Source of the DNA: Acidobacteriota bacterium
GTDB taxonomy: Bacteria; Acidobacteriota; Vicinamibacteria; Marinacidobacterales; SMYC01
DNA: 64,000 bases
Direction of reading: 5' to 3'
Assembly: GCA_004356105.1 (NCBI GenBank)
Contig: SMYC01000016.1
Span: 891-64,890 of the forward strand
Numbering within the stretch: the first letter of the stretch is position 1; every line of letters begins with the position of its first letter. Under the pieces are notes generated by a model, which searched no databases, was not told the DNA's origin, and saw only the letters and a list, made by a program, of their open reading frames with translations. A program made the translations under genes and the position numbers. Below, in pieces: positions 1 through 13,383 of the stretch.

Positions 1-621
1 GTGACGGGAGCGGGAAAGCCGAGCCTATCGAGTTTCGACGGTCTGATGAGTTGCTCGACCTTCGACCTGAGGCGTTCACCGCTGATGGATTGACCCTTCT
101 GACAGTCGAACGGAGCGCTGGTGGCACAGACCTCGGAAAATTGACGCTATTGGAAGAGCCGGTTTATGAGCCGCTTTTGAACGAGCCGTTCGAAGAGCGC
201 TGGCCGGCGCTGTCCCCCGACGGCCGATTCATCGCCTATGCTGCTGCCGATGAAGCGGGGTCGCTTCCATATTTACGTCCGCCCCTTCCCCGACGTGAAC
301 GGTGGCCTTTACGAGTTGACGCCGCGTGGGGGCAACTGGCCTTTTTGGGCACCTGATGGTTCGGAGCTGTTCTATTTCTCGATTGCGGAGAACGCTTTTT
401 TTGCCGTACCGATTCAGATGGAGCCGGCGTTCCGAGTGGGGGCGCCCCATAAATTGTTTGGCGGTGACTATGTACGAGGAGGTGGCAACCAGTGGGACAT
501 CACTCCGGACGGCGAGCGTTTCCTCCTAATTCGCGAGATCCGGGACGTGGAGGCTCGCGAAATCCATGTCGTCCTCAACTGGACCGAAGAGCTAAAACGG
601 TTGGTGCCCACGAATGACTAG
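1..621 (+). pseudogene. C-terminal TolB-like (PD40/WD40-like) beta-propeller region of a larger protein that runs off the 5' edge of the window, probably a Ser/Thr kinase. It appears frameshifted near 238-356, where frame 3 switches to frame 1.
   Basis: Frame 3 is open from position 3 and reads ...ALSPDGRFIAYAAADEAGS. The propeller repeat then continues in frame 1 (HIYVRPFPDVNGGLYELTPRGGNWPFWAPDGSELFYF ... EIHVVLNWTEELKRLVP), which is the typical C-terminus of acidobacterial kinase-TolB proteins. Two overlapping ORFs in different frames carry consecutive propeller blades. Confidence 0.5.
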
Positions 622-861
622 CTGTCTTGACAGGTGCGCCATCAAAGGGGCATGGCAAACGAATTCAAGCTCAGTTCGATTTCAGATGACGATCTACTTC
701 GACGCTTGTCGGAGATCGTGAAAAAGTCGCGGCGCGTCGAGGTCGATGTTCGTTTACTGCACACAAACGCCGAGCTTGCCTTTCGCCAGTGGGGAAATTT
801 CGTGCGGACCGGGGCCGGACACGTATGAATTTTCCGGTCCTTACTTTCCACGCGGAGAAGC

Positions 862-1284
862 TCAATGAAAGGGATTTTCGATCGTCATCCCCTTGATTTT
901 TTGTCCTGTCGACAAGTCTTCGGTCATGAGCACGGTTGCGCCCACTTGCAGCGCCGCGTGAATGATCAATGAATCCCAAAAGGAATATTTGTAGCGCTTC
1001 TGCAAATCGATAGCGTTGAGGATAGATTTTCCGTCGGTGACGACAACTTCCCAGCTGAGAAGGTCGCCTACTACCTTTTGAGCTACGGACACGTCAATCG
1101 GTTTGGGCAACTTCTGCGTTACATTCACGTAGAATTCCTGTAGTACTTGGGTGCTGAGCACGCCGCCGCCGCGTTTCCATAACCCAGCCATCATGTCACG
1201 TGCCACGTCGTGCTTGCTCCCGGCCGAGATATCGTGTGCATAAACCAGAATGTTGGCATCGAGGAAGACTTTAGCGTCGGCCAT
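862..1284 (-). CDS. vapC: PIN-domain ribonuclease, type II toxin VapC
   Basis: The N-terminus FLDANILVYA is the classic PIN acidic motif. The protein is 140 aa and overlaps the upstream small RHH ORF by 14 nt. Confidence 0.85.
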   Translation of the reverse strand: MADAKVFLDANILVYAHDISAGSKHDVARDMMAGLWKRGGGVLSTQVLQEFYVNVTQKLPKPIDVSVAQKVVGDLLSWEVVVTDGKSILNAIDLQKRYKYSFWDSLIIHAALQVGATVLMTEDLSTGQKIKGMTIENPFH

Positions 1285-1516
1285 GAAGCTCTTCTCGAGA
1301 AACGGCTAGCTTACCTCGCGAACCCAAATCGAAACCACGTTCTAGGAGCTTCAGATGTCGTTTTTTGGCCCTTTCGTACTCGGCGCCTTGGTTTATTCGG
1401 TATTCGAGGGCTTCCCGCATCAATTCACTCAAGGATTTGTCCTGTTGGGCTGCCGCGACCTTGGCCTTCTTCAGCAAAGGCTTCGGCAGCGACAGGGTCA
1501 CATTCTGACGTTCCAT
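1271..1516 (-). CDS. vapB: Ribbon-helix-helix (CopG/VapB-like) antitoxin. The start is either ATG at 1516 (MERQ...) or the upstream M at 1531.
   Basis: MERQNVTLSLPKPLLKKAKVAAAQQDKSLSELMREALEYRI gives a beta-strand followed by a helix, the RHH pattern. The gene lies directly upstream of and overlaps the PIN toxin. Confidence 0.7.
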   Translation of the reverse strand: MERQNVTLSLPKPLLKKAKVAAAQQDKSLSELMREALEYRINQGAEYERAKKRHLKLLERGFDLGSRGKLAVSREELHGRR

Positions 1517-1520
1517 GAAG

Positions 1521-1566
1521 CCTCCTTTCACATATTTATGTGTAGCACATATTTATGTGACATTTC
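1521..1566 (-). promoter_or_regulatory. Putative vapBC operator/promoter made of two tandem copies of the palindromic box CACATAtttATGTG
   Basis: TTTCACATATTTATGTGTAGCACATATTTATGTGACATTTC sits immediately 5' of the vapB start on the minus strand. RHH antitoxins bind inverted repeats of this kind. Confidence 0.55.
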
Positions 1567-1733
1567 AAACGAACGAAAGCTGAGCTCGTGATTCGCGCGG
1601 CCCAACCATGGGTGCTTCCGCTATCACGAGCGCCGGCGCCACATCGTTCACTTCAACGCCACGTTCCATCCGACGTCGGCGTGGGGTGATGCAGCAACTG
1701 CCTCGGGGACTTCACCGAGGCCAAGACAGATCG

Positions 1734-2291
1734 CTAAGCGAGCTCGGCGCAAGTGATGAGCGCCGAGTGGTCGAGGTCATCGAGTCGGGGATTGTCGCGG
1801 TCGCGATCGGACAAGAGAGGATCCGAACCAGGCCAATCGATCGCGAGCCCTGTGTCGTTCCAGAGAATGCCGCCTTCTTCCTCCGGCCGATAGATGTCGG
1901 TCGTCTTGTACCAGACATCCGCTTCGTCAGAGAGAACACAAAATCCGTGCGCAAACCCCGGTGGAACGTAGAGCTGTCGATGGTTGCTTGCGCTCAGTTG
2001 GCTAGAAACCCATTGGCCGAAGCGTAACGAGTCGGGGCGAATGTCCACCGCGACATCGAAGACCTCCCCTCGAACCACACTGATGAGCTTTCCCTGGTGC
2101 CGCTGGAAGTGCAGCCCGCGCAGCACGTGTTTCGTCGAGTGGGAAAGGTTGTCCTGGACGAAGCGCGCGTTGATCCCGGCGTCGCGATATGGGCCTTCTC
2201 GAAAGGTTTCGAGGAAGAACCCGCGCGCGTCGTCATAACTTTTGGGCTCGAAGAGCAGAACCTCTGGTAGAGACGTCGTCGTGACCTTCAC
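1734..2291 (-). CDS. rfbC: dTDP-4-dehydrorhamnose 3,5-epimerase
   Basis: The 185-aa cupin protein carries the RmlC motifs [33 protein letters not shown] and [10 protein letters not shown]. It overlaps rmlA by 4 nt. Confidence 0.9.
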   Translation of the reverse strand: MKVTTTSLPEVLLFEPKSYDDARGFFLETFREGPYRDAGINARFVQDNLSHSTKHVLRGLHFQRHQGKLISVVRGEVFDVAVDIRPDSLRFGQWVSSQLSASNHRQLYVPPGFAHGFCVLSDEADVWYKTTDIYRPEEEGGILWNDTGLAIDWPGSDPLLSDRDRDNPRLDDLDHSALITCAELA

Positions 2292-3172
2292 GGCGAGCCG
2301 TCCGGTTCGACAATGGAAATCAAATATTGTCCGTACTCGCTTTCGGCGTGGGCCTCGCCGAGCTCGCGTAGCGCTTGGGCGTCGATGAATCCCATACGAT
2401 AAGCGATTTCTTCAGGGCAACAGATTTTGAGTCCCTGGCGCTGCTCGATGGCCTCGATGAACGTCGCGGCCTGAAGGAGCGACTCCTTGGTTCCGGTATC
2501 GAGCCACGCGTAACCGCGGCCGAGAGTCTCGACATGTAGCTCGCCTTCGTCCAGATAAAGCTGATTCAAGTCCGTGATCTCGAGCTCGCCGCGCGCGGAC
2601 GGTTTCAGCGCCGAGGCATAATCCACCACCCGCTCGTCGTAGAAATAGAGACCGGTGACGGCGTAGTTCGACGTGGGATTTTCGGGTTTTTCTTCGAGGC
2701 CTATGGCTTGGCCGTCACCATCGAACGTGACCACACCGTAGCGCTCCGGATCGCGCACCCAATAGGCGAAGATGGTAGCCCCCGAGCTGCGCTCCGCCGC
2801 GGAGCGCAAGTACCGTGTGAGCTCATGGCCATAGAAGAGGTTGTCTCCCAGGACGAGTGCCGCGCCCTGGCCGTCGATGAAGTCGGCGCCGATGATGAAG
2901 GCTTGGGCCAACCCTTCGGGGCGCGGCTGTACGGCATAGCGGATCCCGATGCCGAGCTGGCTTCCATCGGCCAACAGGTTCTCGAACAGGGGCTGATCGT
3001 GCGGGGTCGTGATGACGAGGATGTCCCGAATCCCCGCGAGCATCAATGTGCTCAGCGGGAAATAGATCATGGGCTTGTCGTAGACGGGGAGGAGCTGTTT
3101 GCTCACCACCGTCGTCATGGGATAGAGACGGCTCCCCGAGCCTCCGGCGAGGATGATGCCTTTGGTAATCAT
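2288..3172 (-). CDS. rfbA: Glucose-1-phosphate thymidylyltransferase
   Basis: [20 protein letters not shown]...[30 protein letters not shown] is a canonical RmlA N-terminus. The protein is 294 aa. Confidence 0.9.
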   Translation of the reverse strand: MITKGIILAGGSGSRLYPMTTVVSKQLLPVYDKPMIYFPLSTLMLAGIRDILVITTPHDQPLFENLLADGSQLGIGIRYAVQPRPEGLAQAFIIGADFIDGQGAALVLGDNLFYGHELTRYLRSAAERSSGATIFAYWVRDPERYGVVTFDGDGQAIGLEEKPENPTSNYAVTGLYFYDERVVDYASALKPSARGELEITDLNQLYLDEGELHVETLGRGYAWLDTGTKESLLQAATFIEAIEQRQGLKICCPEEIAYRMGFIDAQALRELGEAHAESEYGQYLISIVEPDGSP

Positions 3173-3232
3173 CGCGGTCCTTGCCGTGTCGGCGTCGGTC
3201 CGGCGCCATCGCTTCTAACAGTCGCTGCGGTG

Positions 3233-3649
3233 TCAGTTTTGGCTCGCGTCGACGTAGGGACCCTCGATCTTAATTTGCCGAAGTGATTTGCGGTCCAACT
3301 CGGTCTCTCCGGTAGGCAGTCCGTTCAATTTGAAGAAATAAGCGATGATATCGATATACTCGCGACGCTTGAGCCGGCCGGGATTGTCCTCGGGCATCGT
3401 CGAGCGTACGAACTCCACGAAGTCGTTGACGTTTTGTCCGGACCAGCCCTCCAAGTAACCGCCATCGCTGAACTCCTCGGGCTGGTGACACACCATGCAC
3501 GCTTCGCCGAAAAATTTCTCGCCTCGTTCGGCTTGGGCGTCGGTATAGACGCCGGCTTGTACCGAGGTCGGGCCGTCCTGGGCCGTGAGCACTTGGGCCG
3601 CGGCAACGATGACGGCTAGAACAGATAGGAAACAGAAAAGTCGCTTCAT
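3233..3649 (-). CDS. Secreted class-I c-type cytochrome
   Basis: It has a signal peptide (MKRLFCFLSVLAVIVAAAQVLTAQ) and a single CMVCH haem-binding motif. The SD GGAG lies 8 nt upstream of the ATG at 3649. Confidence 0.75.
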   Translation of the reverse strand: MKRLFCFLSVLAVIVAAAQVLTAQDGPTSVQAGVYTDAQAERGEKFFGEACMVCHQPEEFSDGGYLEGWSGQNVNDFVEFVRSTMPEDNPGRLKRREYIDIIAYFFKLNGLPTGETELDRKSLRQIKIEGPYVDASQN

Positions 3650-3722
3650 TCTTTGCTCCGACAGATTCACCGCGCGAAGGATAGCATACCAGGCGTCAGC
3701 AGAGCTTCCTCGCCCTTACACG

Positions 3723-4145
3723 CTACTCGAGCAGGCTCTCGGCGACGTCCGAGAGCTCGACGACCTCGGTCGCGTCTTCCTCGAGTCGAGAGAGGAGCCA
3801 CTTACCATCGATGCGGATCATGAGCACATATTGCCGGGTTTGGGCGACACGGCGGTTGCCGAACGCCCCCCTCTCGCTGCTCTTCTGGAAATGAACCGCC
3901 TCGAGCACGACGAGATTCACTTTGTCCTCAGCGGCTCGCTCCGACGATTCGAGCTTGTGACTGACGGCGACGATGTTCCCCTCGATGTGGCGAAAAGACT
4001 TCTTCTTGCCGAGCTCGAGCGCTTGTTTATGTGCCTCGTCTCGATAAGCCCGAAACGCCTCGGCCATCGGTCCGAAATAGTCGACCACTTCCCGCACAGC
4101 GGTTGCGGAGGCAAAGATAATGAACAACCAGAGCAGCTTCTTCAC
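3723..4145 (-). CDS. Hypothetical secreted protein with an N-terminal signal peptide
   Basis: The 140-aa ORF begins MKKLLWLFIIFASATA and has coding-like composition. No motif was recognised. Confidence 0.45.
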   Translation of the reverse strand: MKKLLWLFIIFASATAVREVVDYFGPMAEAFRAYRDEAHKQALELGKKKSFRHIEGNIVAVSHKLESSERAAEDKVNLVVLEAVHFQKSSERGAFGNRRVAQTRQYVLMIRIDGKWLLSRLEEDATEVVELSDVAESLLE

Positions 4146-4178
4146 GCGACAAGGTTACCTGTTTCTATGTCCTCGTCG

Positions 4179-4487
4179 CTACGTAACGCGGCGCTTGAGC
4201 TCCTGCATGCATTGGTTCGCTGCTTTCAAGTGACCGTCGGTGCGGCCCACGATGGTGTTCACTTCGTTGGTCGTACGGCTCACGCTTTCGAGCGTCGCCG
4301 ATTGTTCCTCGGAAGCCGAAGCGATGCTCGTGACGAGCTGCGCACTTTCGGTGGCGCTCTCGCGGATGATCTGAAGCGCCTCGGCGGCGTCCTTTGCGAG
4401 CTCCGCGCTCTTCGAGACGGCTCCCGCGGTGTGCTTCATGGTCGCGACGTTCCGAAGGGTCTCCTCTTGTACTTTTTGTTCTCCCAA
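4179..4487 (-). pseudogene. Remnant of a methyl-accepting chemotaxis protein, comprising only the C-terminal ~100 aa of the signalling domain
   Basis: AEALQIIRESATESAQLVTSIASASEEQSATLESVSRTTNEVNTIVG matches the distal MCP signalling-domain heptads (EEQSA...). An in-frame stop lies at about 4512, so the ORF is at most 108 aa and lacks sensor, HAMP and core regions. Confidence 0.55.
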
Positions 4488-4610
4488 GATCGCACAAAGG
4501 CGGGACTGACGTCAAAGAGGCTCTCGGCTCTCGGCGAGAGCGGCGCTTTGCTCTACAGCTACAGCGAGATTTTGCTGCGGCTTGGCGTGCTGTGTTAGCC
4601 TCGCGACGAG

Positions 4611-5309
4611 ATGAACCGTTGGCTTCTCGTGCTCGTGGCTTTGTTTGGTGGTTGCCAGGCTCCGGAGCCCCCGCAACGTTCCCCACGGGAGCCCGCCCCA
4701 GATGTTACCGAGAGCCGGCCTCTGAAACAGGGATTCACGCACAGGCCGTCGCCAGATACGCCCGGTCTCCCACCGCAGATAGCGCCGCTTCTGGATGAGG
4801 CGGAGGTCACCACGGCCGCCGCCCGTGCCGAGGCACTCGGCCCCGAGGCTTTCCTCGCGGCGCAGCGCGAGCTAGACGTTCTCGTGAAGGCTTTCGAAAA
4901 ACGCCCCGATCCCGACGCCGCGGCTCGCATCCGGGAGCGCGCAACCGAGCTCGCGCGGGACGGCGAGCTTCCGTACCGGGACATCGAGGTGCTCTACGCC
5001 GAGTACCTGTTCCCGAATGTCACGGCTGAGGTAGATGCCAAGTACAAAGGCAAGCTCGTGCTTCTAGAGGCGACCGTCGCCCCGGCCAACATGAGAGACT
5101 TCGCGGACGGTTTCAAGCTCGTCGACCAAGACCCCTATGTCCACGACCCGCTCCTCCTTTCCATCGACTACGAGCTCTCATTTGTGGAATGCAGCCTCGC
5201 CGAGCCGTCCGTTCAACCGGTGCGAGATTGGGAGCCTATACACCTCATCGTCGAGGTGGTTGGCAAGCGATACAGCGATTTGATGCTGCGGCGCTGCGTG
5301 ATTCTCTAG
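4611..5309 (+). CDS. Hypothetical lipoprotein
   Basis: It has a lipobox (LVALFGGC) and is 232 aa. No catalytic motif was recognised. Confidence 0.55.
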   Translation: MNRWLLVLVALFGGCQAPEPPQRSPREPAPDVTESRPLKQGFTHRPSPDTPGLPPQIAPLLDEAEVTTAAARAEALGPEAFLAAQRELDVLVKAFEKRPDPDAAARIRERATELARDGELPYRDIEVLYAEYLFPNVTAEVDAKYKGKLVLLEATVAPANMRDFADGFKLVDQDPYVHDPLLLSIDYELSFVECSLAEPSVQPVRDWEPIHLIVEVVGKRYSDLMLRRCVIL

Positions 5310-5311
5310 AT

Positions 5312-8992
<3,681 letters not shown>

Positions 8993-9147
8993 ACCTGTCG
9001 TTCTAAGTTGATAGCAACTTCACCCTCGAGACGCAAGCTCTGTGCGCGCAACGGTTTGGTTGGACCATCCGATAGCCCCTCCGTCAGGGCCAACGGACGC
9101 CTCGCATTGGGTCGAACGGCCGTGATTGTGATAAGTTCCGGACCGCT

Positions 9148-10407
9148 TTGAAGATCCACAACCGCGTCGCGATCGGGCTTCTCGCCGGCGTCCTCGTCGG
9201 TGTCGTGGCCGGCCCGAGCGCCTCGGTCCTCGAGCCGCTAGGGACGCTGTTCATCAAGCTCATCCGCATGGTCATCGTTCCGCTCATTGCCTCTTCGCTC
9301 ATCATGGCCATCGCGGGTCTCCCGGGCCGGGGCTCGCTCGGGCGCATGGGTGTGCGTGCCGTCGGGTTCATCATGATCAGCCTCTTTGTGGCCCTATGTA
9401 TCGCCATTGCGGTGGGCCAAGTGATCCAGCCTGGGAAGATGCTCTCCTCGGAAGCGCGGAGCGCGCTTATCGATGGCAAAGAGATCCCGGTCGTGGATCC
9501 CAATGCGCCGAAGCCATCGGTCGTCGATACGATCGTCGAAACGATTCTTTCTATTGTGCCGAACAACCCGATCCGTGCAGCGGCAGAAGGCAACGTGCTG
9601 CAGATTCTGCTCGTGTCGATTTTGGTCGGTCTCGCTGCGAGCGCGCTTCCGGAAGATCGCCGCAAGCCGTTGGTCGAGCTTGCGAGAAGCGTCGCCGAGA
9701 CGCTCTTCAAGGTGACGGGCTGGATCCTCGAGCTTGCGCCGTTCGGCATCTTTGGACTCATGGCGGCAGTCGTGGGGCGCTCGGGACTGTCGGTGCTCCT
9801 CAGCCTCTCGGCCTATGTCGGCGTCGTCTTGCTCGCCCTTGTATTGCATATCGTCCTCGTCTACGGGGTGATGCTTCGCGTCGTGGCGCGCCAGAGCCCG
9901 AAGCGCTTGGTTGCCGCCGCCAAACCTCCTCTTCTCATCGCCTTCGCCACGTGCTCGACGGCCGCGGCACTTCCCGTTTCCCTGTCGACGATGCAGAAAG
10001 GGATGGGGATCTCCGCGCGCGTCGCGAGCTTCGTTCTGCCGCTCGGTGCCTCGATCGGTCGTGACGGAAGCGCCATGTATCAGGCGATCTCGGTGATGTT
10101 TATCGCGCAGGTCTACGGCGTCACGCTTGGCGCCCAGGATTTGGGGACGCTCATCTTTATCGCGATGCTCTCGGCGCTTGCCGTTGCTCCCGTACCGGCC
10201 GCGAGCTTCGTGAACTTGACGATAATTCTTGCCGCGCTCGGTTTGCCTCTCGAAGGCGCCGCCCTCATTCTCGGTGTAGAGCGGCCGCTCGATATGGCGC
10301 GAACGTCGACTAATCTCATCGGGCACCTCGTGAACGCGAGCTATGTCGCGGCCGCGGAAGGCGAGATCGACGTGACCGCGAAGGATGACGTCGAGGTCGT
10401 GGCGTGA
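9148..10407 (+). CDS. Dicarboxylate/amino acid:cation symporter (DAACS family, GltP/DctA-like). The start is TTG.
   Basis: The 419-aa polytopic protein carries DAACS motifs (FIKLIRMVIVPLI, GASIGRDGSAMYQAISVMFIAQ). Confidence 0.85.
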   Translation: MKIHNRVAIGLLAGVLVGVVAGPSASVLEPLGTLFIKLIRMVIVPLIASSLIMAIAGLPGRGSLGRMGVRAVGFIMISLFVALCIAIAVGQVIQPGKMLSSEARSALIDGKEIPVVDPNAPKPSVVDTIVETILSIVPNNPIRAAAEGNVLQILLVSILVGLAASALPEDRRKPLVELARSVAETLFKVTGWILELAPFGIFGLMAAVVGRSGLSVLLSLSAYVGVVLLALVLHIVLVYGVMLRVVARQSPKRLVAAAKPPLLIAFATCSTAAALPVSLSTMQKGMGISARVASFVLPLGASIGRDGSAMYQAISVMFIAQVYGVTLGAQDLGTLIFIAMLSALAVAPVPAASFVNLTIILAALGLPLEGAALILGVERPLDMARTSTNLIGHLVNASYVAAAEGEIDVTAKDDVEVVA

Positions 10408-10521
10408 GAAGAACATCACGGATTTAAATCCATCTGAGGGTTTTTCCCCCCACCGGTTACAAGAAAATCCTCATTTCCATACGCTTTTCGCTGGCAGTCT
10501 TCTTGCATCATCGAAGCCGCC

Positions 10522-11238
10522 ATGCGTACAGCGCGCGATACGCTCGTTCATGAATCCTTGCTGCTTGTACGCCGTGTCGCGCTCCAAGTCGCGCGCCGCC
10601 TGCCCACGCAAGTGGAGCTCTCCGATCTGACCCAGGCGGGGTGTCTCGGGCTACTCGATGCCGCGTCGAGATATGACGGGGCGAGAGGCGTTCGTTTCTC
10701 GACCTATGCTGAGCTCCGTATTCGAGGCTCCATCCTCGACGGCCTGCGTGAGCTCGACTGGGTGCCGCGCTCCGTGAGGCGTCGCGGGCGCGAGCTCGAC
10801 GCGGCGTCCGGGAGGCTCGAGGCGCGCCTGGGACGTTCGCCGAATGAAACGGAGCTCGCCGCCGAGCTCGACATTGCTGTTAGCGACCTCGGTCGTATCG
10901 AGCCAACGGTTGAGATGGTGGAGACCACCGACGATCTCGTCCGCGATCCGAACGCGATCGATCCCCACGAGGCTTTGGCGCGTCGCGAGTTATTTCGGAT
11001 TCTCGTCGAAGCTATCGAGACTCTCACCAAGAATGAGCGGCTCGTTATGACGCTTTACTACTACGAAGAGCTCACCATGAAAGCGGTAGGCGAGGTACTC
11101 GGCGTGAACGAGTCTCGGGTCTCACAGATTCACAAGAAAGCGGTGCGTACGTTGCGGAAGCGTCTCGGCGGTCGGGTCTCGCTTGCGGGCCTCACGGGGC
11201 TCGTACGAACGGCCGAGCTCGCGCCGCAAGCCCCATAA
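10522..11238 (+). CDS. fliA: Sigma-70 family sigma factor of the FliA/WhiG (sigma-28) type
   Basis: Region 2 reads LTQAGCLGLLDAASRYDGARGVRFSTYAELRIRGSILDGLR. The region 4 HTH reads LTMKAVGEVLGVNESRVSQIHKKAVRTLR. Confidence 0.7.
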   Translation: MRTARDTLVHESLLLVRRVALQVARRLPTQVELSDLTQAGCLGLLDAASRYDGARGVRFSTYAELRIRGSILDGLRELDWVPRSVRRRGRELDAASGRLEARLGRSPNETELAAELDIAVSDLGRIEPTVEMVETTDDLVRDPNAIDPHEALARRELFRILVEAIETLTKNERLVMTLYYYEELTMKAVGEVLGVNESRVSQIHKKAVRTLRKRLGGRVSLAGLTGLVRTAELAPQAP

Positions 11239-11250
11239 GAGCCTGATAAG

Positions 11251-11568
11251 ATGGCCCTCTGGAGGGCCAGAATGCTCCACCATTTCGTACTCCTGCGGCT
11301 CAAGGCGGACATCACTCCGCAGCAAACCGACGCCTTCATCAACGAGGCGCGTGAAGTTCTCGGACCGATACAAGGCGTTCAGAATTTGCGGGTGGGATTC
11401 GGCTTGGGAGTAAAGTCTGAACGATCCTATCCCATCGCACTTATCATGGATTTCGAGGACGAGGCGGCTCTAGAGGCGTACCAGGTCCATCCCGAGCACC
11501 AGCGATTCGTCAAGGAGATCGTTGGTCCGATTCAGGACGACAAACAGGTCTACGACTACCTTTGCTGA
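11251..11568 (+). CDS. Stress-responsive Dabb (dimeric alpha/beta barrel) domain protein. The likely start is M at 11272.
   Basis: MLHHFVLLRLKADITPQQ...ALIMDFEDEAALEAYQVHPEHQRFV matches the Dabb pattern. Confidence 0.6.
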   Translation: MALWRARMLHHFVLLRLKADITPQQTDAFINEAREVLGPIQGVQNLRVGFGLGVKSERSYPIALIMDFEDEAALEAYQVHPEHQRFVKEIVGPIQDDKQVYDYLC

Positions 11569-11582
11569 TTGAGCTCCCGCGC

Positions 11583-13199
11583 TTACGGGTAGAACAGTGT
11601 GTGGGCCTTGGACTGCGGCTCGACACTCTCTTCGATCATCGTAGCGAAGTGCCAGCCATATTTTGCGAGAAATCCGAGAGGGGATAGGCGGCGCTCCTGG
11701 AACGTGAAGCCCGGGAACAAAGCCGTCCGTGAAGCGAAAAACTGCTGGCGCACGGTCTCATTCTTGCGCTTCACCGCGCGAAGCGCCTTCGACTCGAGCT
11801 CCTTGAGGTGGTGCAGCAGCTTGCCGCGCGTCGATTTGACCGTCGGCACGAGGCTCGCGTCGACGGGGGCGAGATCGCGCTCGAGCGCACTCGTGATGTC
11901 TTCGATACAATTTCGAGCCCGCGCGAGATCTTCGTCGAGCCCCGGTGGTGTGTGTTGACGCAAGATGTTGTTCAGAATCGATTCGTCGTTCGATTTGAGC
12001 TCAACGAACGAGACGTCGTAGCGCTCGAGGAAGCGGGCAGGCGCACGCTCGACCACCGTGAAGCTCGCACGCGACGCGATGAGCGGCATGACGACGCCGA
12101 AATGCTCGTAAAGGCCACGGAGCTGTGCGAAATAGGCGAGCTCGCTGGGCCCGGCGACGTAGGCGAGCGTCGGAAACAGCGTGTCCTGATAGATCGGCCG
12201 CAACAATACGTTGGGGCTGAATTGGCTTGGCTCGTCTTGGAGCCGCTTCAGAACGTCCTTTTTGGACACTGTGGTTCCGTCCGGGGTGAGACGCATGCCC
12301 CCTTCCGACACACCGATCGCGGTTCTGTCGGGGTCCGCGTAGAAAAGATTTAGCTGCCCATCTGTAGGGCTCGCCTGCACGTGATAGCCGCGCGCGACGA
12401 GCTCTTCGCTCGTCCTGTTGATGATCGCGCTGCTTTCGGACGCTTCCTCTAGCTCGCGCGCAAAGAGCGAGGCGCCGATGGCCTTGAGCTCGGGGAGTGT
12501 CGGGTCGATGACGGCGAGCCCCGTCCCGCGCGTCATGCGGAGCAGCCATGCGCCGAAAGCGTCGGCCATTGACCGCCCCGGGGCGTAGCTCGAGCGGAGA
12601 GACGTGAGCACGTCTTCTTTGAACTCGCTGTCGCCGAGCGCCTCGCCGGCCTTGTCGATTACGGCGCTGATCTCGGGCGCGAGCGCCAGCGGCCCAACCG
12701 GCTGGCGACCGGGCGCTCGAGGCGGCTCGTAGCGGAGGTCCAAGAGCTCGTTCCCGCGCGTGAGTATGGAGGTCTTTTGAACCTCGGCGAAATCGTGATC
12801 ATCCGCGTCCATCCAAAACAGCGGCACGACCCGTCTTCCGAGCCGTTGCTCTGCGAGGCGGGCGAGCTGCACGGCAGTAAGGGCTTTCGCGATCGTGTAG
12901 AGCGGCCCTCCGAAAATCCCTACTTGTTGCCCGCTCACGACCACGAGCGCGCCATCGCCGAGTGCATGAAGCGATGCGAGGGCTGCTTCGTCCGCCCCCA
13001 GCGAGACATTGAGCTTTCGTAGCGGGCCCGCGGTGGCGCCCTTACCTTCGAGTTTCGCTGCCACATCACCCCACGCGGCCGCATCGAACGGATCGGCGGC
13101 AAAGAAAGGTGAAAGAGCGTCGAACTTGTTCAGGTAGTCAAGGAAAAGGGGCTTGTAAGAAGGCAACTTGCGGTAATCGAGAGTGGAAATGTGCGGCAT
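11583..13199 (-). CDS. bshC: Bacillithiol biosynthesis cysteine-adding enzyme BshC-like
   Basis: The protein is about 540 aa and has the VVSGQQVGIFGGPLYTIAKALTAVQLA motif characteristic of BshC. The assignment is from memory of the family. Confidence 0.6.
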   Translation of the reverse strand: MPHISTLDYRKLPSYKPLFLDYLNKFDALSPFFAADPFDAAAWGDVAAKLEGKGATAGPLRKLNVSLGADEAALASLHALGDGALVVVSGQQVGIFGGPLYTIAKALTAVQLARLAEQRLGRRVVPLFWMDADDHDFAEVQKTSILTRGNELLDLRYEPPRAPGRQPVGPLALAPEISAVIDKAGEALGDSEFKEDVLTSLRSSYAPGRSMADAFGAWLLRMTRGTGLAVIDPTLPELKAIGASLFARELEEASESSAIINRTSEELVARGYHVQASPTDGQLNLFYADPDRTAIGVSEGGMRLTPDGTTVSKKDVLKRLQDEPSQFSPNVLLRPIYQDTLFPTLAYVAGPSELAYFAQLRGLYEHFGVVMPLIASRASFTVVERAPARFLERYDVSFVELKSNDESILNNILRQHTPPGLDEDLARARNCIEDITSALERDLAPVDASLVPTVKSTRGKLLHHLKELESKALRAVKRKNETVRQQFFASRTALFPGFTFQERRLSPLGFLAKYGWHFATMIEESVEPQSKAHTLFYP

Positions 13200-13383
13200 G
13201 GAAATTCCCGGCGGCTCCAAGTTTGCGTAAGCCCGCCTATCATAGCGTTCTCATTGATGTGAGGCCAGGCTGGGCGCGTTGACACCTGTTAAAAGGTTAT
13301 GCTAGAGTAACTTAACTGTATCTTGGATAGCCGTGCGCGGCGGCGTCAACCAGAGATTCGAGCCGTAGGACAGGAGAACCACG

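Noticed and set aside
634-828. 64-aa ORF between the TolB-like tail and vapC
   Set aside because: It has no motif and a weak context. It could be a small unknown protein, but the evidence is insufficient.
3585-4598. 337-aa ORF on the plus strand
   Set aside because: It overlaps, on the opposite strand, the cytochrome c gene, the secreted-protein gene and the MCP fragment. Its composition is Arg/Leu-rich, which is typical of antisense frames.
8993-9147. Possible cobalamin riboswitch upstream of metH
   Set aside because: No B12-box-like sequence was seen in the 155-bp divergent intergenic region. Inspection found no B12 box, but this needs a covariance-model scan to exclude.
9394-10419. 341-aa Arg/His/Asp-rich ORF on the minus strand
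   Set aside because: It is antisense to the DAACS transporter gene. It is low complexity and spurious.
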